From Magnetospiraceae bacterium (lineage in GTDB: Bacteria > Pseudomonadota > Alphaproteobacteria > Rhodospirillales > JBMYUJ01), in the NCBI GenBank assembly GCA_049605255.1, contig JBMYUJ010000010.1, positions 2,199-66,198 of the forward strand: DNA of 64,000 nucleotides. The letters run 5' to 3'. The position numbers were made by a program, and so were the translations under genes. The notes under the pieces are model-generated. The model was not told where the DNA came from and searched no databases. It saw only the letters and a list, made by a program, of their open reading frames with translations. Positions 27,269 to 36,719 of the stretch are shown here, piece after piece (position 1 is the first letter of the stretch; the number at the start of each line of letters is the position of its first letter).

Positions 27269-28267
27269 TTGTCTGGTTTTTATTTGGTGTCGCGCGCGTT
27301 TTTCTTTTCCATATTGCTGTTGGGGGTATCCGCCTGTGGGGAGGCGGAGCAAAAACAGCAGGCCAATAACGCTGCTACTGGGAAGCCTGCGCCGAACGCC
27401 GCTTCGGAAAAACCACGTATTGCGCTGGTAATGAAGACCCTTACCAATCCATTTTTTGTTTCCATGGAGAAGGGCGCGCGGGACGCGGAAAAGGAATTTG
27501 GTATCGAGTTGATCGTGCGTACCGCGGCGGAGGAAACCTCTATCGCGCAGCAAATCGATATCGTGGAGCGCATCCGCCGGAATAAGGAGGCCGCGGCCAT
27601 TGTGATCGCCCCGGGGGATTCCACCCAATTGATACCGGTCCTGAAAAAGGCGCAAGACGAAGGCATTGTTATCGTGAATATCGATAATCGGCTCGACCCG
27701 GAATTTTCCGAAAAGCATGGCTTGAGGAATGTGCCTTTCATAAGCGTCGACAACGAGCAGGGCGCTTATCTGTCGGCGAAACATATCTTCGCCGCGCTTT
27801 CGGCGCCCACACAGGTAGCGATCTTGGAAGGCATTCCCACCGCAAAAAATGCGCAAGCCCGCAAGGCTGGGGCGGAAAGGGCGATTGCGGAAATTCCCCA
27901 TGCCACCTTGGTGGCTTCCCAGTCTGCCCATTGGAAGATCGATGAGGCTTATGATGTATCGCGGGATCTATTTGCCAAACATCCAGATATCGGGGCCGTT
28001 TTTTGCGCCAATGATATGATGGCCTTGGGTCTGATCCGTTTTTTAGGCGAGACCGGGCGAGATGACGTCAAAGTTGCGGCTTTTGACGCCCTTGACGAGG
28101 CGAAATCGGCGATTCGACGTGGAACATTGGTGGTTTCCATCGATCAGCAACCCGCGCGCCAGGGCTATTTGGGGGTGACCTATGCGCTGGATATGCTGAA
28201 CGGTAAAGAGAAACCGGCGGAAACAATCATTGACGTGATGGTGGTAGATCGCGGCAATGTAAACTGA
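27269..28267 (+). CDS. RbsB/LacI-type periplasmic sugar-binding lipoprotein
   Basis: Lipobox VSAC; ALVMKTLTNPFF, IVNIDN, DNEQGA, VFCANDMMALG, SIDQQP; TTG start uncertain. Confidence 0.88.
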   Translation: MSGFYLVSRAFFFSILLLGVSACGEAEQKQQANNAATGKPAPNAASEKPRIALVMKTLTNPFFVSMEKGARDAEKEFGIELIVRTAAEETSIAQQIDIVERIRRNKEAAAIVIAPGDSTQLIPVLKKAQDEGIVIVNIDNRLDPEFSEKHGLRNVPFISVDNEQGAYLSAKHIFAALSAPTQVAILEGIPTAKNAQARKAGAERAIAEIPHATLVASQSAHWKIDEAYDVSRDLFAKHPDIGAVFCANDMMALGLIRFLGETGRDDVKVAAFDALDEAKSAIRRGTLVVSIDQQPARQGYLGVTYALDMLNGKEKPAETIIDVMVVDRGNVN

Positions 28268-28300
28268 CGCAGAAGGCTTACTCTTAGCGAGACCGAATAA

Positions 28301-30223
28301 ATGCGGCAACGCGGTTTTAACATCGTCCAGAAGTTCATTCTCTATCTGGTCGTTTTGAGCATTCTTCCTTTGCTTATCGTCGGCGGCATTTCCTATGTCT
28401 TGTCCACCCGGGCGCTGGAACAGCAGGCCTCCCGCTACGCGCAAGGGTTTCTGGCCAAGGAGAAGGAGCTTCTCGAGTTGCGTTTCGCGCAAATCGAAGG
28501 GGTGTTGTCCAATCTCTCCGCCGTGGATGAGATTTCCGAAGCGGTTCTCCTCGACCCAGACCAGACCGATACTTTCGATGCTTTGGCCACCCAAGCCCAG
28601 ATCGGCTACATCCTGAACCGGTACAGCAGCGTCGATGGGTTGGTTTCCATTGAATTGTTCAGTGCCACCGGCTTGCATTTCCGGGTGGGGGATACCCTGC
28701 AGGTGGAATCCATCAGCGATGATGTTTTGCACGATATCCACAACCGGACGATGGATAGCGGCCAGGAGACCCATTGGGTGGGCGTCGCTGAGAATGTCAA
28801 TCAGGCCTCCAGCTACAAGAAAGTCCTGCCGGCGGCAAAGATCTTGCGGCGCGTGAACCGGGAAACACTGGCTTTCGAACCCGTGGCGCTGCTGATTGCC
28901 AATCTCAGCACGGAGTTTTTGTATACGGTCCTATCGCGCGTCGATATGGGGGAGGGGGCGTTTCTCTTGCTCGTCGATCAAGAAGGCCAGGTGATCTATC
29001 ACCCCGATGCGGCGCGGATCGGCAAACCGGTAAGCGACCTTGAAGGTATCGGGCCATTGTTGCAAAAACCCCCCTTCGCAACCCGCCATCTCGAATCGCC
29101 GCAAGGATATTACTACGTGACCGCCGTACCCATTGGGGAAGGGCGTTGGTCCCTATACAGCATCCTGCCGGAGCAGGCCATGTTGGCGCAGACTCGGTTG
29201 ATCGGCAGCACGACTCTGATTGCGGTGGCGTTAGCGATCATCCTATCGAGCATCGCCGGGTATCTGGTGTCGGTCAATGTGGTGCGCCCCATCCGCCGGG
29301 TCACGGACAACTTCCGCAAGCTGCAATCGGGCAGCTTGGAAGAAGACCTGCATCTGCCCGTCGACGGGTCCGACGAAATCGCCGAACTTGCTGTCTGGTT
29401 TAATACGTTCATGACCAACCTGGAGGCCCGATACGCCTTTGAGGCGCAGTTGAAAGTAGCGAAAGAGGAAGCCGAACAGGCCAATAAGTTCAAATCCGAG
29501 TTTTTGGCCCATATGAGCCACGAAGTGCGCACCCCGTTAAACGCCATTATCGGCTTTTCCGATCTGATCCTGTCCCGCTCCTTCGGGCCCATCGAAAATC
29601 CGAAATACCGGGAATATTTGGAGGATATCAAAAACAGCGGCACCCATCTCAGCCGGATCATCAATGATATTCTTGACCTTTCCAAGATCGAGGCAGGCAA
29701 GCAAATCGTGTCGCCCGAGCGGGTTTCCCTTGCTTTCGAAATTGATGCCGTTTTGAAGATCATGGGCCCCCGGGTGGCGGAAAATGACCTCGCTTTCGTG
29801 GTGGATCTGCCGCCGCGACTTCCCGATCTCATTTTCGATAAACTGGCCCTACGGCGGGTCTTGCTGAATCTCATCTCGAATGCCATCAAATTCACCCCGG
29901 CGGGTGGTGAACTCTCCATTCACGTGAAATTGCCAGAAGAAGGCGGCCTACGGATGATCTTCCGGGATACGGGGATCGGCATTCCCCAGGCGCAGTTGCA
30001 CACGGTTTTAGAACCCTTCGGCCAGGTGACCTCTTCTATGACCAAAAGCCAGGAAGGCACAGGCTTGGGTCTGGCCATCGTCAAGGCTTTGGTGGAGCAG
30101 CATGCGGGAACCGTTGGGATTGACAGCGTCGAAGGCGCATGGACGGCGGTGACCCTCGATTTGCCGCCCTCTTGCCTGGTGCAGGACGCCGACGACCTTT
30201 ACACCAGCGCTGCGGCGGTTTAG
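28301..30223 (+). CDS. Membrane sensor histidine kinase (Cache-like periplasmic domain, HAMP, HisKA, HATPase)
   Basis: Two TM helices, IYHPD, DEIAELA..FN HAMP, FLAHMSHEVRTPLN, NAIKFT, DTGIGI, GTGLGL. Confidence 0.92.
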   Translation: MRQRGFNIVQKFILYLVVLSILPLLIVGGISYVLSTRALEQQASRYAQGFLAKEKELLELRFAQIEGVLSNLSAVDEISEAVLLDPDQTDTFDALATQAQIGYILNRYSSVDGLVSIELFSATGLHFRVGDTLQVESISDDVLHDIHNRTMDSGQETHWVGVAENVNQASSYKKVLPAAKILRRVNRETLAFEPVALLIANLSTEFLYTVLSRVDMGEGAFLLLVDQEGQVIYHPDAARIGKPVSDLEGIGPLLQKPPFATRHLESPQGYYYVTAVPIGEGRWSLYSILPEQAMLAQTRLIGSTTLIAVALAIILSSIAGYLVSVNVVRPIRRVTDNFRKLQSGSLEEDLHLPVDGSDEIAELAVWFNTFMTNLEARYAFEAQLKVAKEEAEQANKFKSEFLAHMSHEVRTPLNAIIGFSDLILSRSFGPIENPKYREYLEDIKNSGTHLSRIINDILDLSKIEAGKQIVSPERVSLAFEIDAVLKIMGPRVAENDLAFVVDLPPRLPDLIFDKLALRRVLLNLISNAIKFTPAGGELSIHVKLPEEGGLRMIFRDTGIGIPQAQLHTVLEPFGQVTSSMTKSQEGTGLGLAIVKALVEQHAGTVGIDSVEGAWTAVTLDLPPSCLVQDADDLYTSAAAV

Positions 30224-30477
30224 CGCTCAAATAATCCAGATTTTGGTCCGTCGGAACGGAGGGGGATGTCCGTCTTCGCCTCCGTATATTGCTGTCGATT
30301 TTCAAAGAGAAAATATTATTTGAATAAAAGGTATTTAAATACCGTATTATTCAGCACATAAATAAGTCAATCATCTAAAAAAAATAACAAAATAGAAAAT
30401 AAGAATTGTCATTGATCCAATGAAAATTTTTCAACGTAAAGATCATTGCTTAGACACTTTGTAAATGGAGATCAAAT

Positions 30478-30900
30478 ATGCGTACTTTTTTTAAGGCAAT
30501 TACCCCCGCAATTGCCCTATCTTTGTCCATGGGTATTGCCCAGGCGGCGCACCACATGACGCCGATGGTAGAAGGGTCGGATCAAGATATGTCCGGCGGC
30601 ACGGTGACGGCGTCAAAGGTCATGACCGACGTAAACGGATGGTTGGTGGTGCATCGCACCGGCGACGATATGAAACCCGGTCCGGTCGTCGGTTATGCGC
30701 CGCTGAAGGCTGGGACAAACATGGATGTTGCGGCGCTATTGACCGAAGAGGTCAAGCCCGGTGAAAAACTTATGCTGATGGTGCATGGCGAAGCGGGCGG
30801 CATGAAGACAGGTGTGTTCGAATACACCCTGGGCGCCAAGGAGGATGGCCCCATCAAAATGGATGGCAAGCTGATCATGACGGTCGTTACCGCGCAGTAA
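30478..30900 (+). CDS. Exported Met/His-rich hypothetical protein
   Basis: Signal peptide (AQA); GWLVVH, GPVVGY, LMLMVH motifs; GGAG RBS. Confidence 0.8.
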   Translation: MRTFFKAITPAIALSLSMGIAQAAHHMTPMVEGSDQDMSGGTVTASKVMTDVNGWLVVHRTGDDMKPGPVVGYAPLKAGTNMDVAALLTEEVKPGEKLMLMVHGEAGGMKTGVFEYTLGAKEDGPIKMDGKLIMTVVTAQ

Positions 30901-30932
30901 CCTGCGCTTCGGCACCGATGGGTGCTTTGAGG

Positions 30933-30966
30933 AAAGAGCCGCCGTTTCCCTCTACGGCGGCTCTTT
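30933..30966. terminator. Intrinsic terminator, possibly bidirectional
   Basis: AAAGAGCCGCCGT-ttccctct-ACGGCGGCTCTTT perfect 13-bp stem. Confidence 0.75.
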
Positions 30967-31094
30967 GCGTTACAATATGTCATTTAATGTACGCTGCCCC
31001 CGGGGCCGTTGGCTCGCGCCGCAATCCTTGACAGGAAATTCACCTTGGGCGTAGCGTTCAGCGTCGGCACCGCCCCAGGGAGGTCGCTTCGATC

Positions 31095-33485
31095 ATGGGC
31101 GCCTTGACTCCGCTGGAACATCCTTTGAAAGATACGCTGCGCCTCAAAGTGCGGGTGCGTGGTGTCGTGCAAGGGGTTGGGTTCCGACCGACGGTTTACC
31201 GCCTTGCCCGCGATCTCGACCTATCCGGCGATGTGCGCAATGATGGGGAAGGGGTGTTGATCCGCCTGGCGGGTCGGCAAGATCAAATCGATCTATTCCT
31301 CTCCCGGTTACAGGCCCATCCACCGCCGCTTGCCCGGATAGACGCCCTGGAATGTACGCCGGATAGCAGCGATTTTCCGCTCTCAGCCGCCTTTGTCATC
31401 GCGCGGAGTGGAGGGGGGCATCCAAACGCGGTCGTACCCCCGGATGCGGCGGTCTGTCCGCAATGCGCCGCCGAGACCTTGGACCCGGCGCACCGACGAT
31501 ACTGGTATCCGTTTACCAATTGCACTCATTGCGGGCCGCGTCTGTCGATCATCTCGGGCATTCCCTATGATCGCGCATCGACCAGTATGGCGGCTTTCAC
31601 CCAATGCCCGACCTGCGCGGCGGAGTATGCCGATCCCGCTAACCGCCGGTTCCATGCGCAGCCTAATGCCTGTCCGGTGTGTGGACCCAAGGCCTGGCTG
31701 GAAGATGCCGCCGGGCAGGAGATGGTCCTGGGGGTGGGGGAGGATGCCCTCAACCGGGCCAGCGCGCTCCTGCAAGCAGGCGCCATCCTCGCCATCAAGG
31801 GGATTGGTGGTTTTCATCTGGCCGTGGATGCCACAAACGAAAAAGCCGTGACTGCCTTACGCTACCGAAAGCAACGGGACGGCAAGCCCTTCGCGCTCAT
31901 GGCCCGTGATCTGGCGATGATTAAGTGCTATTGCCGCGTTTCGGAAGCAGAGGCCGCTTTGTTGCACAGCCCGGCGGCACCCATCCTGTTGTTGGACCGA
32001 CAGGTCCTCGCAGGGGGCGTTCCACCGCTGGCCGACGCTGCAGCGCCTGGTCAAAACTGCCTTGGGTTTATGTTGCCCTATTCCCCCTTGCATCTGCTCT
32101 TGATGGCGCTTTTGGACCGGCCCCTGGTTTTTACCTCGGGGAATCTGTCAGACGAGCCCCCCTGCATCGGCAACGCAGAGGCCCGACGCAAACTGGGCGC
32201 CGTGGCCGATTTTCTGCTGATGCATGACCGGGACATTGTGAACCGGGTGGATGATTCCGTCGCCCGGCTGGTGCGCGGCGCGCCCCGGCTGCTACGCCGG
32301 GCCCGGGGCTATGCGCCGGCGCCCTTGCCCCTGCCGGAAGGCTTCGGCCCGGCGCCGGATATGATGGCCATGGGGGGGGATTTGAAGAACAGTTTTTGCT
32401 TGTTGAAGGACGGGCAGGCGATCCTCTCCCAGCATATGGGGGATCTGGTGCAGGCGGTGGCCTTATCGGCCTTTGAGCGGTCTTTGGATCTGTACGGGGA
32501 TTTGCTCGCGCACCATCCCCTGGGGGTCGCCATTGACAGACATCCTGATTACCTGTCTGCCCGGATCGGTCGGGCGCGGGCGGAAACGCGCGGATTGCCC
32601 GTGTTCCCGATCCAGCACCATCATGCCCATATCGCCGCCTGCTTGGCGGAAAATGGGCGGCCCCTTGGCGCCGCGCCGGTATTGGGGATCGCCCTGGATG
32701 GCCTCGGCTATGGCGATGACGGGACCCTCTGGGGGGGGGAATTTCTGCTGGCGGATTATGGGGGATACAGCCGGTTGGCGCAGCTCAAGCCCGTGGCGCT
32801 CCCCGGCGGGGAACAGGCGGCACGGGAACCCTGGCGCAATCTGGTGGCCCAGCTTTTCGCTTGCCCGGAGGGGGCTGAGATATTCCAGGAATATGGTGAT
32901 CTGCCCGCCATCTCCCAGTTGAGCGCCAAGCCCCTGCAGGCGGTGCGACAGATGATCGTAGACGGGCGTTTCGCGCCGTTGGCGTCTTCCACCGGTCGGT
33001 TGTTCGATGCGGTTGCGGCGGCGCTGGGGATGTTCCCAGACCATATTCAGTTCGAAGGCCAGGCGGCCATGGCCCTGGAGGCGGCGGTGACGGACTTGGC
33101 GGGCGGCGCGCCCTATCCTTTCGCCATTAGCAACGGTGATGTCGTCCTGCTCGACCCCGCCCCCCTGTGGGTCGCGCTGTTGCGGGACCTGCGCGCAGAA
33201 ACCCCCGTGGGGGTGATTGCCGCGCGTTTTCACCACGGGCTCGCAGAAGGAATTGCGAAAATGGCCCAGCATCTCGCGAAGGCCAGGCTTGCGCCGCGCT
33301 TTGATACCGTCGCGCTGACTGGCGGCGTGTTTCAGAACCGGGTTTTGTTCAGCGCGGTGATGGATAAACTGGCAGCCGCCGGATTTCAGGTTTTGACCCA
33401 TCGGGATATCCCCTGTAACGATGGGGGCATCGCCCTCGGCCAAGCCCTGGTCGCGGCAGCAGGGCATTTGCAGGGAAGGGATTAA
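31095..33485 (+). CDS. hypF: [NiFe]-hydrogenase maturation carbamoyltransferase
   Basis: Acylphosphatase GVVQGVGFRP, CPQC..CTHCGPR and CPTC..RRFHAQPNACPVCGP Zn fingers, KGIGGFHL, QHHHAH, NDGGIALGQ. Confidence 0.96.
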   Translation: MGALTPLEHPLKDTLRLKVRVRGVVQGVGFRPTVYRLARDLDLSGDVRNDGEGVLIRLAGRQDQIDLFLSRLQAHPPPLARIDALECTPDSSDFPLSAAFVIARSGGGHPNAVVPPDAAVCPQCAAETLDPAHRRYWYPFTNCTHCGPRLSIISGIPYDRASTSMAAFTQCPTCAAEYADPANRRFHAQPNACPVCGPKAWLEDAAGQEMVLGVGEDALNRASALLQAGAILAIKGIGGFHLAVDATNEKAVTALRYRKQRDGKPFALMARDLAMIKCYCRVSEAEAALLHSPAAPILLLDRQVLAGGVPPLADAAAPGQNCLGFMLPYSPLHLLLMALLDRPLVFTSGNLSDEPPCIGNAEARRKLGAVADFLLMHDRDIVNRVDDSVARLVRGAPRLLRRARGYAPAPLPLPEGFGPAPDMMAMGGDLKNSFCLLKDGQAILSQHMGDLVQAVALSAFERSLDLYGDLLAHHPLGVAIDRHPDYLSARIGRARAETRGLPVFPIQHHHAHIAACLAENGRPLGAAPVLGIALDGLGYGDDGTLWGGEFLLADYGGYSRLAQLKPVALPGGEQAAREPWRNLVAQLFACPEGAEIFQEYGDLPAISQLSAKPLQAVRQMIVDGRFAPLASSTGRLFDAVAAALGMFPDHIQFEGQAAMALEAAVTDLAGGAPYPFAISNGDVVLLDPAPLWVALLRDLRAETPVGVIAARFHHGLAEGIAKMAQHLAKARLAPRFDTVALTGGVFQNRVLFSAVMDKLAAAGFQVLTHRDIPCNDGGIALGQALVAAAGHLQGRD

Positions 33486-33487
33486 CC

Positions 33488-33772
33488 ATGTGCCTCGGCA
33501 TTCCCGGCCAGATCATCGAGATCATCGACGCCGATACCCTGATGGGCAAGGTGGATATCGCCGGGGTCCGCCGGGCGGTCAACCTCGCCTGTATCGTGGA
33601 TGCGGATCATCCGGTGGAGGCTTGCGTGGGCGATTGGGTTCTGGTCCATGTGGGCTTCGCCATGAGCCGCATCGACGCGGCGGAAGCGCAAAAGACCCTG
33701 GACCTGCTGACCGAAATGGGTGAGGCCCAGGCCGAGTTGGAAGCCATGCGGCAATCGGGTGAGGCGGGATGA
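33488..33772 (+). CDS. hypC: Hydrogenase maturation chaperone
   Basis: MCLGIPG start, GDWVLVHVGFAM. Confidence 0.96.
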   Translation: MCLGIPGQIIEIIDADTLMGKVDIAGVRRAVNLACIVDADHPVEACVGDWVLVHVGFAMSRIDAAEAQKTLDLLTEMGEAQAELEAMRQSGEAG

Positions 33773-33782
33773 GGCGCAGCGC

Positions 33783-34946
33783 ATGAAATATCTCGATGAA
33801 TTTCGCGATCCGGCCAAGGCGAAGATCCTGTTGGCGGATATTGATCGGCTCCTGCCGAAGATCGACAGCGCCCGATTTCCCCTGCAACTGATGGAATTCT
33901 GCGGCGGGCATACCCATACCATTTTCCGCTATGGGGTAGAGCGTCTGTTGCCAAAAGAAATCGAACTGGTGCATGGCCCTGGCTGCCCCGTTTGCGTGCT
34001 GCCCATGGGCCGGGTGGATGATTGCGTGGCGCTGGCGGAACGGCCCGAGGTGATCTTCACCACCTTCGGTGATGCGATCCGGGTGCCGGGATCGCGGAAA
34101 AGCCTGATGCAGGCGAAGGCGGACGGCGCCGATCTGCGCATCGTGTATTCGCCCTTAGATGCGTTGGCAGTGGCCCAGCGAAACCCCGACCGGGAGGTGA
34201 TTTTCTTCGCCCTCGGTTTCGAGACCACCATGCCCAGCACGGCCCTGACCGTTCTCGCGGCAAAGGCCGCCGGGGTCAAGAATTTCTCCCTGTTTTGCAA
34301 TCACATCACCTCCGTGCCCACGGTGCGGGCGTTGCTGGAATCGCCGGGCCTCCGCCTGGATGGGTTCGTCGCGCCCGGCCATGTGAGCATGGTGGTGGGC
34401 GCCGATCCCTTTCAGTTCGTGGCCTCGGAATTCGGCAAACCCCTGGTGATCAGCGGCTTCGAGCCCCTGGATATCCTGCAAAGCATCTGGATGCTGGTGC
34501 GCCAGTTGGCCGAGGGGCGCGCCGCCGTGGAAACCCAATATACCCGGGTGGTGCGAGATGCGGGCAACGCCCCGGGCTTGGCGGCCATGCATCAGGTTTA
34601 TGAATTGCGGGATTTCTTCGAATGGCGGGGGTTGGGGTCCATTCCCCAATCTGGCGTGAAAATCCGCGAGCCGTTTGCGGCATTCGATGCGGAACGGCGC
34701 TTTGCCGTGCCGAATCAGAAAATCGCCGATCCCCAGGCCTGTCAATGTGGAGACGTGCTGAAAGGCCGCATGCGGCCTTGGCAATGCAAGGTTTTCGGGA
34801 CGTCCTGCACACCGGAAACACCCCTGGGGGCCTTGATGGTGTCCTCCGAAGGGGCCTGTGCCGCCTATTACCGGTTCGGCGACCTGGATGACCTTTTGCA
34901 CCGCCGTGAAGCTGCGCCGACCGCCCTGCCGGTGGAGGCCGACTAA
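33783..34946 (+). CDS. hypD: Hydrogenase maturation Fe-S protein
   Basis: MKYLDEFRD, CGGHTH, GPGCPVC, GFETT, PGHVS, MVSSEGACAAYY. Confidence 0.96.
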   Translation: MKYLDEFRDPAKAKILLADIDRLLPKIDSARFPLQLMEFCGGHTHTIFRYGVERLLPKEIELVHGPGCPVCVLPMGRVDDCVALAERPEVIFTTFGDAIRVPGSRKSLMQAKADGADLRIVYSPLDALAVAQRNPDREVIFFALGFETTMPSTALTVLAAKAAGVKNFSLFCNHITSVPTVRALLESPGLRLDGFVAPGHVSMVVGADPFQFVASEFGKPLVISGFEPLDILQSIWMLVRQLAEGRAAVETQYTRVVRDAGNAPGLAAMHQVYELRDFFEWRGLGSIPQSGVKIREPFAAFDAERRFAVPNQKIADPQACQCGDVLKGRMRPWQCKVFGTSCTPETPLGALMVSSEGACAAYYRFGDLDDLLHRREAAPTALPVEAD

Positions 34947-36013
34947 TGGACCCAGTGATGTTCCGGCCCGGGGCGGCCCGGACGGCGGCCCCAGAGCAAA
35001 AGATTTCCCTGGCCCATGGCGCCGGGGGCCGGGCCATGCGGCGGTTGATCGATGACATTATCCTTCCCCGTCTGCAGGATCCGGCGCTTGTCCGGTTGGA
35101 GGATCAGGCCACGCTGGATCTGGCGCCGGTGATCGCGCAAGGAGACCGCTTGGCGATGACCACGGATTCCTTTGTGGTTGATCCCCTGTTCTTCCCCGGC
35201 GGCGATATCGGCAGTCTGGCGGTATCCGGCACGGTCAACGATCTCGCCATGGGCGGTGCCATCCCGCTGTATCTCACCTGTGGTTTGATCTTGGAAGAAG
35301 GCCTGCCGGTCAGCGTCCTCGAACGGGTGGTGGACTCCTTGCGGGCCACGGCGGATCGGGCCGGGGTGCGGATCGTTGCCGGGGATACCAAGGTCGTCGG
35401 TCGTGGGCAGGCGGATAAGCTGTTCATCAATACCAGCGGCGTGGGGGTGATCCCCGCGGGGGTCGCCCTCGGCGCTGATCGCCTGCAACCCGGTGATCAC
35501 GTTCTGGTCAGCGGGCCCATCGGCAAGCATGGAGCGGCCATCGCCGATGCGCGGGGGGATTTCGGGCTCGAGAACGATATTCAAAGCGATTGCCGCCCGT
35601 TGAATGGCTTGGTGGCGGCAATGCTGGCGGCCTGCCCCAGCCTTCGAGCACTGCGCGATGCCACGCGGGGCGGCATTGCCACTGTCCTCAACGAATTCGC
35701 GGCGGCCAGCGGGGTTGCGATCCGGGTTCAGGAAACGGCGATCCCCCTGGAGCCGCCGGTGAATGGCCTGTGCGAACTGCTGGGGTTGGACCCACTCTAT
35801 CTCGCCAATGAGGGCACCTTGATTGCCGTTGCCCCGCCGGAAACCGCGCCCGCGCTGCTGGCCGCCATGCGGGCCCATCCAGATGGCGCGGCGGCAGCCT
35901 TGATAGGGTCGGTCGATACCGGCCCGGCGGCCCGGGTGGTGTTGCAGACCCGGTTCGGCGGAGAGCGGGTGGTGGATCTTCTGACCGGGGAACAACTCCC
36001 CAGAATTTGCTAG
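34946..36013 (+). CDS. hypE: Hydrogenase maturation carbamoyl dehydratase
   Basis: AHGAGG, TTDSFVVDPLFFPGGDIG, GDTKVV, RDATRGG, ANEG, C-terminal PRIC. Confidence 0.96.
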   Translation: MDPVMFRPGAARTAAPEQKISLAHGAGGRAMRRLIDDIILPRLQDPALVRLEDQATLDLAPVIAQGDRLAMTTDSFVVDPLFFPGGDIGSLAVSGTVNDLAMGGAIPLYLTCGLILEEGLPVSVLERVVDSLRATADRAGVRIVAGDTKVVGRGQADKLFINTSGVGVIPAGVALGADRLQPGDHVLVSGPIGKHGAAIADARGDFGLENDIQSDCRPLNGLVAAMLAACPSLRALRDATRGGIATVLNEFAAASGVAIRVQETAIPLEPPVNGLCELLGLDPLYLANEGTLIAVAPPETAPALLAAMRAHPDGAAAALIGSVDTGPAARVVLQTRFGGERVVDLLTGEQLPRIC

Positions 36014-36170
36014 GTGGTGTCCGCAGTTGTTTTCCCTTTCCGGCGGGGCCGTATTTTTCGCCGCTCAAAAGCGAAATGCGCCGCATGTTCTTCCTCTTCG
36101 CGCCCGCGCGCCTTGCCAGGGCATTCTTGGCGCCAACTGGGGGTGCAAAATAAGTGAGGCTACGACTTAG

Positions 36171-36503
36171 ATGCACGAACTGGCGATGACCGAACATATC
36201 GTGGCCATTTGCCTCAGTCATGCGGCGGGGCGCCCTGTGCGCCGCGTGACCCTGGAAATCGGTCGCTTGACCAGCGTTGTGCCAGATTCCTTGCGGTTCT
36301 ATTTTGACCTTTGCACCAAAAACACCCCCCTGGAAGGGGCGGTGCTGGAGATCATTGAAATCTCCGGGCGCGGGCGCTGCGAAACCTGTGGGGCGGAACG
36401 GACCCTCGAATCGCTCTACGAACAGTGTGACTGCGGATCCTGCGCCCTCCAATACCTCGCGGGCCAGGAACTGAAGGTCAAAGAGCTGGAGCTTCGCGCC
36501 TAA
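36171..36503 (+). CDS. hypA: Hydrogenase nickel incorporation protein
   Basis: MHELA start, CETC and CDCGS zinc site, GQELKV. Confidence 0.93.
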   Translation: MHELAMTEHIVAICLSHAAGRPVRRVTLEIGRLTSVVPDSLRFYFDLCTKNTPLEGAVLEIIEISGRGRCETCGAERTLESLYEQCDCGSCALQYLAGQELKVKELELRA

Positions 36504-36621
36504 ATTTTTTCGCCATCAGAGCTGCCAAAAACCCTATAAAGCTAAGGTTATGTGCGGGCCTCGGCCTGAAACGCGGCATCTGTTGCCTCGGTGATCAGGG
36601 GTGGCATGTCTTTTTTGCGCT

Positions 36622-36672
36622 TGAGAATGAATCGCAACCATGGTAGACGCCACGATATTAATAATCATTCGC
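36622..36672. promoter_or_regulatory. Two Fur-type iron boxes upstream of the imelysin operon
   Basis: TGAGAATGAATCGCA (36622-36636, 7-1-7 type) and GATATTAATAATCATTCGC (36654-36672; 15/19 match to GATAATGATAATCATTATC). Confidence 0.75.
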
Positions 36673-36719
36673 AATGAAACAATTTGAAAGCCAACGCTTT
36701 CCCCGAGAAGGAGATGGAG

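Noticed and set aside
30406..30419. FNR-like site TTGTC-ATTG-ATCCA
   Set aside because: Three mismatches to TTGAT-N4-ATCAA in very AT-rich DNA; likely chance
18244..32739. G-runs of 8-9 nt in pedH (18244) and hypF (32372, 32731) as phase-variation switches
   Set aside because: All are in frame and encode conserved Gly-Gly motifs
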